The position numbers were made by a program, and so were the translations under genes. From NCBI RefSeq assembly GCF_000143415.4, contig NW_003314262.1, forward strand, positions 4,958,389 to 5,022,388: a stretch of DNA of 64,000 bases, written 5' to 3'. The DNA comes from Selaginella moellendorffii. Its lineage: Eukaryota > Plantae > Lycopodiophyta. Below are positions 1-10,547 of this stretch, in pieces. Position 1 is the stretch's first letter. Each line of letters opens with the position of its first letter. The notes beneath the pieces were generated by a model, which ran no database searches, was not told the origin of the DNA, and saw only the letters and a program-made list of their open reading frames with translations.

Positions 1-945
1 TTTTCCACACATATCAGAGTTCACAGCATTTAGACCAAAATGCCGGACTAAACAAGTGTACTCATTATCAGAGAGCTCAGGGCGGGCACAAATGTGGGGG
101 ATTCTACCAGGCGCCTCTGGTGGCCGTATCTCGGTTAAATCTGTCACAAAGAGACTGATATGCAGAGAAAGGATTGGTCTTAACGCTTTGTCCATAACTC
201 CTCCACCGTCAATAATGAAAATGATAGTCTCTGACAAATCGCTCACCCATTCGGCTATTTTCTCCATGTCCCTTCCAATTCTAGCAAGGGACTCAAGCTT
301 GATAGGATCATGGAGGAATGTAAAGACAAGAGATGCGTAGAAAACATCAGCTGGGATGAGCTTATAATCCTGATACGGTAGCAGGCATACAGGTTTTCTA
401 GCATCAAGGCCATCTTTCACAGCTTCTGTCCCGTCAGGGCTTAAATGCCTACCTCTGGCATTTGTATCTGCTGAAGAAGAAGAAGCACAAAATTCTTGAA
501 TTTGGCATACATTAACACCGTCTTTCTGCAAAGACATGGCACCGACTCCATGCAGGTTAGTGTCCGTGTTCTCTACTCGTTCTGCATCTTCTGGAGCTTT
601 TAGCTTGTCATTTGTAGCATCAAGGCCCAAATGCCCGGTCTGAGTATGTGCTGCAGGGCAGCCTAAATGCCACAAGTGGCAAAACAATACAACTCCTAGA
701 ACCCGTTTGCCACACCCGGACGGCCCCCCAAGAACGAGTTTCTCTCTAGCTCGCATTTTTGAGACCCTTTCTGCAACTTCTACAAATTGTTCTCGCCCCA
801 TGTACCGCACCTGACCCACAAGATGAAATGCCGGGTATGGGAACTCAATGGGCTTGCCCGAGGGATCTGCCAGATTCTTGCCCCAGAACAAGCTACAAAT
901 CAGATCTCCTGTCTCCCTGGAGAAGTTTAGGATCTTTTGATCCAT
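1..945 (-). CDS. Divergent STAND/Crinkler(CR)-like P-loop NTPase ORF, 3'-partial (runs off the window)
   Basis: Manual translation from ATG 945 shows no stop down to base 1 (315 codons; another in-frame ATG at 1008). It reads MDQKILNFSRE...EFPYP...VRYMGREQF...KLVLGGPSGCGKR (Walker A-like)...ASLVFTFLHDP...AEWVSDLSETIIFIIDG (Walker B-like)...PELSDNEYTCLVRHFGL. It is absent from the ORF track because the stop lies outside the window. Confidence 0.65.
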   Translation of the reverse strand, partial: MDQKILNFSRETGDLICSLFWGKNLADPSGKPIEFPYPAFHLVGQVRYMGREQFVEVAERVSKMRAREKLVLGGPSGCGKRVLGVVLFCHLWHLGCPAAHTQTGHLGLDATNDKLKAPEDAERVENTDTNLHGVGAMSLQKDGVNVCQIQEFCASSSSADTNARGRHLSPDGTEAVKDGLDARKPVCLLPYQDYKLIPADVFYASLVFTFLHDPIKLESLARIGRDMEKIAEWVSDLSETIIFIIDGGGVMDKALRPILSLHISLFVTDLTEIRPPEAPGRIPHICARPELSDNEYTCLVRHFGLNAVNSDMCGK

Positions 946-946
946 G

Positions 947-1241
947 GAAGAAAAGCCTATGCGGAGTGGCCAAGCAGTCCTGTGTAGCTGGTGTGAAGAG
1001 GAGAGCATCTAAATCAACTTCATGGGCACTGCCGCCTTTGTCACAAGCCTAGCACCTGCCGTGGATGCATCAACGGCACGGACGCCACACTCGTTGCCCT
1101 TCTCACGACGCAAAAGCGATGCAACGTAAGTCGTAGGGCGTTCTGCTCTGTTCTAACAAACAACCCCCCAGTCCAACTTGGCCGTGGCTTGCCGTCGTGA
1201 AGACCATGGACCTCAAGTCTAGAACCACCCTGAGAAGCTTG
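947..1241 (+). pseudogene. Deleted, inverted fragment of the NTPase pseudogene at 7710-8735
   Basis: Matches the reverse complement of about 8268-8710 in blocks (e.g. gccgcctttgtcacaag, cagtccaacttggccgtgg). Several internal deletions, one of which removes the GLPGCGKT P-loop. Confidence 0.8.
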
Positions 1242-1371
1242 CACGACACCTTCTCGCGACACAAATAGCCTGACCTGACCTGTAAGTATTGTTCTTTTAA
1301 GGACAAAAAGCAAAAATAAGGACAAACAAGCCCTGGAATTGCGCAGCAACTTAACTGGTGATTCTCCTGAA

Positions 1372-1625
1372 AGATATTGTCACCATAGAAAATTTTAAAG
1401 GATAAATGGGGATAAAATAACCATTAAAACTATTTCATCAAACAATTAACTTAAAGGAGACAGATAAGATGTTAAATAGGCTATGTATTAGGTATCCATA
1501 CATACATTTTTTCTCTTATGGAGTATCCACAAATGGTAAATATCCTCTTGTAGAGTATTCATAGGTGAAGGTATCCACTATAAAACTATAGTACTGGTGG
1601 ATGACTAAATGCCTCATAAAAATGG
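1372..1625 (+). mobile_element. Degenerate copy of the TRIM at 33982-34648
   Basis: Shares the LTR block gataaatggggataaaataac and the internal blocks ggagtatccac, gaaggtatccac and gtggatgacta with the reverse complement of 34270-34630. Confidence 0.7.
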
Positions 1626-1814
1626 AACTCTAGAGTGGGTGGAACATTTAGAATCTACATCCAAATAATTGATTTAGTAATATAATTTTTGCTTAAGATA
1701 AATATTAACATTCCTTAATTATTCACCAAGCATAATTTATATTATAAATAGCATTATATTTACAAGAAATATAATTATATTACATTTAGATATTATTCAA
1801 ATATTTATAAGTGG

Positions 1815-1960
1815 GAAAGATAATATCTTATAGCATTGTGTCAATCGAAGAGCATTGTCAAGGGTTACTAGGGCAAGAACATCTCAAGAGTTACTAGGGC
1901 AAGTGCATATAGAAGTTCTAAAAAATCTTGATGAGATGTTAACCACAGCATACTAACTTG
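1815..1960 (-). mobile_element. Gypsy gag fragment
   Basis: The reverse complement (acccttgacaatgctcttcgattgacacaatgctataag) matches gag at about 47870-47950. Confidence 0.6.
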
Positions 1961-2132
1961 TTCCACTATCATAATCATAATATTATGATATTAGGTATAC
2001 TTGTTGGTGGATCATGGTATTGGTGCTATTGCATGGGGCCTAGGCTGGCAATGCTGGGTGGAAGTGCCAATTAACATGTCCAAATGTGTACTTAAGATGT
2101 TTAAGAGAACACTCTAATCCACACAAGTGGCT

Positions 2133-2580
2133 TTGTAAGCTCCTAAATTTAAACTTCTTAAGAAGTTAATATTATTAAAACCCAAAAAAAATTAACCCTA
2201 ACTTTAACTAATTGAAAAAAGAGATGCATTCTTGAGCTCTTTTTCTCTATATTTGAACTTTTATAAATTACCTTTCAATTCATCCTTTTTAGTTGTTTAC
2301 ACCACTATACCATTATTGTGCTATCCCTTAAAAACATGTGAGAAACTTGCATTAACATTGAGCATTATCCCAAGAATAATAATATAAGCAGCCAAAGAGA
2401 ATAATTCAATAAATGATCCATAAAAGTTAAAATATAAAGGGAAATGATTTATAAATAAGCATGTACCCTTTTTTTTAAACAGTTAAAAGTTTTATGTTAG
2501 TTAGGGATAAATGTCCTTGGGTTTGAATAATTATTAGGTTAATTAACGTTTCAAGAAGTTCAAATTCAAAAGCTTATAAA
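2133..2580. mobile_element. Degenerate foldback/MITE-like element
   Basis: About 2133-2233 is an imperfect inverted repeat of about 2457-2580 (e.g. aatttaaacttctt / aagaagttcaaatt, ccctaact / agttaggg). Confidence 0.5.
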
Positions 2581-2599
2581 TAGGTGGCAATTACCATAA

Positions 2600-5500
2600 A
2601 TTGATCAAACCAATAGTATATATCATCCTTAGATCTTTAGAGCAATTGAACATTGCTCTTCATTTGCAACTTTAATAACTTCTTCAACACCAACAATGGC
2701 TTCTTACTTCTAAACTAAAGATTAGTACTCTAATAAAGTTTGATGACTTCAGATTTTTATGCAATCTAACTGATATTCCATTGTGATTTTTTATGTGGGG
2801 CTGATTAGATCTCTTCTTATTAGGATGCCTTTTTCTTGATTCTCTATAGTGCATTTAAATTTGAACCTTTACATCATGAAATGATACTTAAATAGCTTAT
2901 AAGCACTAAATCCCTATATCTAACACTTACATGCAAAATAGTGTTAAATAGAGTTTCATAAGTTTAGTATACTAGTGATCTAACATGAGGAGGTGGGTAA
3001 TATATTGACTAGTATAGAATGAAGATTGGGCAAAGGAGTTCTGCAAATAGGTATAATTTTACATATAAAGAGGTATAGCTGAGTCTATTTATACATAATA
3101 CTTTAAGTTAAGTGGTATAAATAAAAGCTTAATTAGATTTATAACACAAAAGAAAACATTTATTTATATAAAACTTATATAAGACTTTGTGCATACATTT
3201 GCTCTAGCCAAAGAGGCCCTAGATCCATCTAACACTTACCATAAATTAAGGCAATTTACTTTCTATAATGTTCTTTGGCTAGCTTAAAGTTACAAGACAA
3301 TGCCTCTCCCACTTGTAACTACATATGCTTTAACTTCCTTTCCTGTGAGGGATAGTCTTGTCCCAATGGCAATTAATGCTGTTGCTACTTGTGTATGAGG
3401 ATAAGGACAAAGATATTGTCATGGCCATAATGTTCATTATTGGATGTGTGATAAAGTTGGCCACACATTCAGTAATATTAGTGTTTTCCAAATTGTTATC
3501 TTTCATTTCTTAGGTGGAGGCATTAGTATCAACAATGTGTAATTAATACTACTATAATAGAAGGATTTGATACAAAAATTCTTTGGAGAAACAAAGAATT
3601 ATATGAGTAATGAAGGGCTTTTGTATAAATAAGTTAATGAGCCTTTCATCCTTCTTTCAAGAGTACTATAAAGGGTCCACTTAGCACTAGTTTATTTAGT
3701 GTTTTGCTTTCTAAGTTCATTTTTATAACAAGATGTCTTTGTAATCCTTTCTACATTGGTCAATACAAATTCAAGTTTATTGTCTATTGCTCAGTTTATT
3801 GCCATACATTGTCATCTATATTTACATTATATAGTAGAGTTAATCTTCATTCTTTATAGCAATAACTGTACACATGTGTGTGCATAAGATAAAATAGACC
3901 TAATTATGTATATGGTGATTATTATTTTAAGCTTCAATCATTAAAGGTGGTGTTAAATTATATATTTCACTTCAACCTTGGTATGGATTGATTGTAGTGT
4001 AGTCATGTAAGTATAACTTTAAAGCTTCTCCCTCTTCTCTTATATTTTTTTATATCTCTTATTCTACTTTATCCTTTTATTTTTACCTTCATATTCATTT
4101 TCTTTTATTGTGTTTCTTACTTGATCTTTTGTTCCTTCTTTAGATCTTTTAGATGGTCTTTATGTTATGGCAGTTGATCAGCTCAAGGAGAAGTATATTG
4201 ATCTTTTCAACTTTAACCTCTCTTCTCAAACTAAGATTGCCATACATCATCCTATTCTCATTGCTTAATCAAAATTCTTGTTTGGTTTTGATCACTAAAG
4301 GAGATCAAGATTTTATAAATTAATATTAAGGAGATGTTAGAGAAGGATGTTATCAAAAAATTTCAGAATCCTTGTACATGTAAACTTCATATTATGATAA
4401 AGCCTAATGGAAGTATTTGATTTTGGATTAAATATCATCTATTGAATAATATAACTATTCTAAATGTATGTTTACTTCCTCACATTGTTGATCTTTGGGC
4501 AAAGTTGTTGATTCATTAAGTTGGATTTCGCTTTTTGGTGCTGGTAGATGCTGATAGTCAAGAAGGATATTCATTCTGTACATTATTTGGATTGTATGTG
4601 TTGTTTAGTTTGAATAATACTTTAACAACTTTCTAATGGATGATGAATAAAATTCTCTATAATATGTTAGAGGTGATTGATCATGTCTTGATCCACTCAG
4701 AGGGGATGTGGGAAGCACATGTTTATAATACTTATGGATTAGTTGTGAGAAGTTGATTTAAAGTTGAAACAACTTAAGTGTATGTTTAGGTCTAAAGAAA
4801 CAACTTATTTTATATACTATATTTCCAATAAATATTTGCAAGTTAATCTTGACAAAGTTTTTAGAGTGAGTTCTCTATGTCAAAGTGTGGGAAGGAATAC
4901 AACACTTACTTTGCAAGAGATTATTTTTTTAGTCATTTTTGTTGATTATGGAGAGTTTTTGATCACATTGCACCATTGTGAGCATTATCAAAATTATTAA
5001 CACGTTGTTTTATCTAGTTTGAAAATTGTGAGAGGGCATTTGCAAATCTCAAGGTATTGATAGTTCCTCTAGTTTTAGTGTACCCGAACTACACTTGGCG
5101 ACAACTGTTTTAATAGAATCTTGTTTAGTCCTGTCATTTAGGGTACATCATTTCTGGACACATAGATGCAATAAATATCAATTTTGGTGGAGTGTTGTTA
5201 TAGGAGAGAATTAGTGTTCTTAGCTAGTGTCATTTGATTGTATACATCATTTATATTTTGTAACTAACTAAGATGAACTACTCTACGACAAAAGAGTGTT
5301 TAGTAGTGGTGTGGGGTTTTAAAAAGCTTTAAATATATTTATATGGTTCTTAAATGCTATTAAAGGGTGATCATGTTGCAATCACTTTGTTGCTCAAGTG
5401 AAAAAACTTAGTTGGCTGTACTACATAATAGGCATTGAAACTTCAAATTCATAACTTCAAAATTATTCATTATCTTAGAAGTTCTATAATTGATGCTAAT

Positions 5501-6370
5501 GCTATTTCTTAAGCTCATCTCCCTCTTTTCTTTTCTCTTTTTCTTAAGGAGTTTATTGTTCTAGCATGAGTGAATTTTTTGGATGAAGATTTTATACTTT
5601 GTCTTCCTTGGAAGAGGTTCATGAAACTCAAAATGTTGAGTTATATGGATTTGAAGGCTTTGTGATAGTTTATATCACTTGTCCATAACTTACCATTCTA
5701 GCATTTATATTTTTAATATCAATTCATATAGTCAGTTGTTAGAAATTAATATGTCATCATTGTTTTTGATTACCTGACTTATTAGGTAGAAGTTGGTGCA
5801 CTTATTAATCCATTTATGATGGTTATTAGATACTTCCTCTTTAATTAAGTGATGTTTCAACATTTTTGTTTAGAGTGGATCCTCTTAAACAATAGTCCTA
5901 CATTTATGGCTGATGCATTCCATATATTGACATCTTGATTAAGGGTATTGCATAATTTTGCAAATGTTTATCATCCACAGATGGATAATTTAGTGTTAAG
6001 ACTTATTAGGACTTGCAAGAAAACAATTGCAAAGTATTTAAACTTTCAACATATGAATTAGGATAGTTATCTGCCATCTTTTTGGTATATATATCATAAG
6101 GGTGTAAAGTTTTATTTCACCACATATTGCCAAGTGAGTTTAGTTTGCCTTTGTAAACATTATATGGTATTAATGCTAAATCTCATGATCAATATTTGAC
6201 AAACATTCTTTCATTAGTCTAAATAGAGTTTAGACTACATACATATGGGGCAAGGTTATAACTCTTAACATCATTCATTTACAATATACACAGTGGATGA
6301 TTTGGTGTTGGTTTGTTTTTCCAATCTGACAATATGTAGTGTCTAAACAGCTCTTTGCTCAGTGGAAGGG
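2600..6370 (+). mobile_element. Old, AT-eroded Ty3/gypsy internal region (gag-PR-RT-RH-INT), same family as 46921-51931
   Basis: Collinear similarity to about 47350-51520: 3300-3470 gag, 4690-4720 gatccactcagaggggatgtgggaag (RT), 5270-5320 RH, 6360 agtggaagggac (GPY). No long ORFs; many C>T and G>A changes. Confidence 0.85.
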
Positions 6371-7709
6371 ACTTAGAATTATGTATATATTCTATGAACT
6401 CATAAGTTTAAAAAAGAAAACCATAATAATATATTTTGCATTATATAAAATTTTTAACTAGAACTTTCTCTTTTTTATGGATAAAATAATGAAAAAATAT
6501 CAAATATATCCTTCATAAATTGAGAGAACCCTAAGGGCAAAAAAGAGATATCTTTAGATTACTAATATGCCTTTTGTTCTTTCTCACACATTTCCTCTTG
6601 ATTTTTTAAGCACAACAATCACAACCATAAGTGTCATCTTCAATATTACCCTTTAAACTATAGGCAATGACAATGTGGGGTGACATCCATAAACAAAAGT
6701 TCTAATAAGACCACACACATGATAGAATTACTCCTATTTGAGGGGTTTAAACATATTAAAATCCATATGTGCCAACAAGTTCTTATGCAAACTCCAAATT
6801 GGCTATCTGACTGTCCCTACAAACAATGTCTCTTTGATACTTCGTCTATTATGGCAAAAAATCTCTTGAAAGACCATTAAACACTAAGCTGAGTGGTACC
6901 TTTGGGACAGAACTGCAAGATTGACAAACCAAAGCAAAACATGGGAGAGGTTCTCACGGATCAAATATTATATTGATCATACACTTGAGCTTTAGCCAAC
7001 ATTATAGCAAGTGTTCATGCCAACCTGATCTTGAGCAAGCTACATCAACATGCAAGGAAAAAGAATACACCAAATAAAAAATCATGTTAGTGACGAAAAG
7101 GTACCACCAATAAGAGAATCCCAAATATAGCAAAAGAGAGGTATCCTTACGGACATTTAGGGTGGCCATCTAGATTAGCCACACTAATATAAATTACCTT
7201 TGCTAGATAATTCAGCTCCAATTGGTTGGATCTCTGGCAACAACGGTAAGAAAAATGCATTCCTCTCCTCGAAATTCTTCGAGATTTCAGCTAGAAATCC
7301 CTCTGTAGATCCTTTGAAAAACTGTCATATGGTGGATGGTCACATACAGTCACAACCATTGGGAGGGCACTTGCACGCAAATCATGAGACTATAGCATAG
7401 ATTAGCAACAGGAATAAAGAATTCCTTGACCACACAATGTTGGGGGAGTGAGACTTGATGTCTCATTTCTAAAGACCTAGGTGTTTCCCAGTTGTCATCC
7501 TCTGTAGCCCCCTCCATCCATATGGTAGGCATTGAAGTCACTTGTCCTTGGGATGGACATACCGTTTTGCACTCGCCCTCTTAAAATCAAGTAGTGCTTC
7601 TCCTAAGTGACTATCAATCGTTTTTTGGTAAATTCATCAAAGTTCATGTGTTTCATCTCACAATAGGACTGTAACCAAAACATACATATTCATCATGCCC
7701 AAGACAGAT

Positions 7710-8735
7710 TTAGTGTAGCTCTTTGCCTTTTAATTTCTGTAATTTTATTCTTTCACTCCTCCTCAAGGTATGATTGCAGCCATCTTTGTTCTTGTATAAA
7801 AAGTGTCCATTCAAGAGCTCGTTCAACTGGGATTCACCGCTTTCAAGCTCAAAGCCTGCCAAAGCCTCCAATGCCGGCCTCCATGCACTGGCCGGGCCTT
7901 TCTCGAGCTTGCCAAGGGCATCGTCAACCCCATCGGCATAATAGGTAAGCACAAGAGGGAGATCACCACTGTAGTAGAACTTCAGGAGCAGCGGCGAGAA
8001 CCCGGTGAGGTGCCGGACAGTGTCGCCCACCGGCGGCTAACCGGCGTGCCGCGCAAACCAGTTGACCTCCTCGCCATCGAAGGTTTCTGGCATGTCAAAG
8101 AAGGCATTTGCAGCACCACAGTCGGGAGAGGCACCAGCGCGAGCACAGAAAACAAGGACCCTTCCCTCTGTTACGTCTTTCAGGAGATCCATAGCAGCCC
8201 TCTTATCCTCCGCTGTCCTGTCGGGGATAGTGTCCTCGTCGAGTGTCCTCGTCGAGCATGAAGCAGAGCTTCTCTGGGCGGTTCTTGATCCACTGTACTA
8301 GACGATCGCGGGACTTGAGGGCCATGATCTCGTTCACGACGGCCGCTTCGCCACCAAAAACCACGGCCAAGTTGGACTGGAGGACAACCAAGGGCATGCA
8401 TGTGAAGAAGGGTCCGCAGAGATACACCGCCTGGGGAGTTGTTCGTCAGAACAGGCCCTAGTAGCTATCGACTTACCTTCCATCGGTTTTGCGTCGTGAG
8501 AAAAGCAGCGAGTGTGGCGAGCAAGAAAGTTTTGCCACAGCCGGGTAGCCCCCTGATGCATCCACGGCTGCCGGGCGCTAGACTTGTGACAAAGGCGGCA
8601 GCGTCACAGAAGCGGTCTCCTCTAGGAAGTCCGAGGGCAGGCGCACAGGAGTGAGAGAGCGCTCGCTGCACAGCTGCTGCTCGGCCACCCCGCACAGGCT
8701 CTTCTGCATCTCCTGCCAGCTTTCGATGCCATCTA
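7710..8735 (-). pseudogene. STAND/Crinkler-like P-loop NTPase pseudogene
   Basis: Walker A GLPGCGKT. A phase-0 GT-AG intron (8476-8431) joins W-K to AVYL. Walker B LCFMLDE. A 13-bp tandem duplication at 8230-8255 shifts the frame, and there is an in-frame TAG at 8037-8039, followed by the LTGFSPLLL (GxP) motif. Confidence 0.75.
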
Positions 8736-8747
8736 AATCAAAATATT

Positions 8748-8866
8748 GTTAGGTTTTTTGCCTCCAAGCGCCAACAAGGCGTGCGACGCAATTTTGATAT
8801 TGGAGAGCCCACGAAAGATCTGGAGCCTCACGAGCTAGAATTCCGCCGTTCCTGATGGAGGTCGAC
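8748..8866 (+). repeat. Dispersed, deleted copy of the TRS120 upstream region, 5' leader and first codons
   Basis: 8805-8860 matches the reverse complement of 43979-44034 at 53/56 nt, including ATGGAG. 8748-8790 matches blocks of about 44150-44215. Confidence 0.85.
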
Positions 8867-10547
8867 GGCAACACGACGGAGGCTATGAAAACTCTTTCCA
8901 CTCACCAGAGAGCTTATATTCTTGAAAAAAACCTGTATTAATATAGAAATAAAATATAAAGTATTATAAACCCAGGATAAAATACATTTTCTTATTAGGT
9001 CAAATGTATGTGGATTTCTTAACTAGAAAGAACACAATGCAGCCTTAATATAGCTCTTCTATTCATGTGTTTATTATGTGTGTGTAAGCTTCATATTTAT
9101 TTTTATTTTAACATTTTCTATCCCACTAAAGCATCTTTATTTATTATTTCTATTTTGCTAGTATTTATGTATCTAATGGTTAACATTATATTAATTTAAT
9201 CTTGTGTGGGCCAAGTGTTTATAAACGCTAAATCAGTTTCTAATTTATAAATTTTATAATAGTCTAATTAAAGAGTAGAAATTATTTTAATACTCTACTA
9301 TAAAGAAAATCAATAATGCTTTCAAAATTTAAGTATATAAGTTTAAATATAAATAGTTTTAAGTGATTTGTTTAGGACTTGGTAGAAAATCTAATTTTAA
9401 TAGAATTAATTTAAATACAAGGATATGGTATATAAATATGTGATTAAGAAAATATTAACAGGTATAATATATCTATATAAAGTATATAAAGGCAGAATTA
9501 TCTATTTATTTTTATATTTTATAGCTGAATATTTTTTTAGGATTTCATTCAGTTTTTGAATGTCCAATAATTGATATGTTTGCAAATTCCATAGAAAATT
9601 AAACTATGTAAGAAACAAAATCCTATACACTATAAATGAAAGTGTCTGTTAAATCTATAAAAATATACTGAAATTAAAGAAATTTATATAAGTGTAATTA
9701 AAATAAATTGTTGCAAATAATTTTATTTAATTAATTTTTTATTATAACAATTATTATAATTAATATATTATAAGTGTTTTTGCTAAGTAAAGTGGCTGCT
9801 AATGAAATGTAATATAAACCAAACTAAATGAACATGACCTTTCCATTGTATTTAAGAATATTTTCATCATAAACAAGATGGGAGAATAAGGTAGAATATA
9901 CTAAGAGAAGTTTATAAATTTTAAAAATGTTTATAAACTAAGATTCATAACTCGTTAACCAAATCAGACCTATTAACAAATCTGAGAAGATTCTCGAGCT
10001 GATCAGAAACTCAGAGATTCATGATCCCTCTGTCAATCTTAATCGACATGTTACTATGCTAGCTGTTCCTATGATATTCTCATCCGTGAGATCAACTCTT
10101 TCACTTCACGCACTCACATCCAGCTGGCATGAGCACTGTTGACAATGTCAGCAGTTTTTTGGCACTTTCACAATGAAAAATTCAACACGGGACTAGCCCA
10201 GACTTGGCAAGAAGAAAAATTAAACTTCTGCTTTGGTTTCCATAAACTACAGCTGACCGTCATATGCCACGATAGAGTCTTATCGTCACCTTGTGTCTTC
10301 ACACAAAAAGTCCAAAAAGATGAGAGCTTGTGATAAACGAGCGTAAAATAAAGACGGAAAACGCACCTAAAAAAAAGAAGAGAGGATGAGATGAGAAAGT
10401 TCCCGACCCGTGACCACGAGAAAAACGCTCCAATTCTCCACTACATACGCTTCCCTCTGGCTCCTTATAAGCAACGTACACCGTGCGAAAGTACTTCTCT
10501 TCAATCGCTCGTTTTCACAATCCCCACCTGTCTCCCAAACGCAATCC

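Noticed and set aside
9205-9220. tgtgggccaagtgt resembling the gypsy LTR start
   Set aside because: The similarity does not clearly extend, so it is too short to call a solo LTR.
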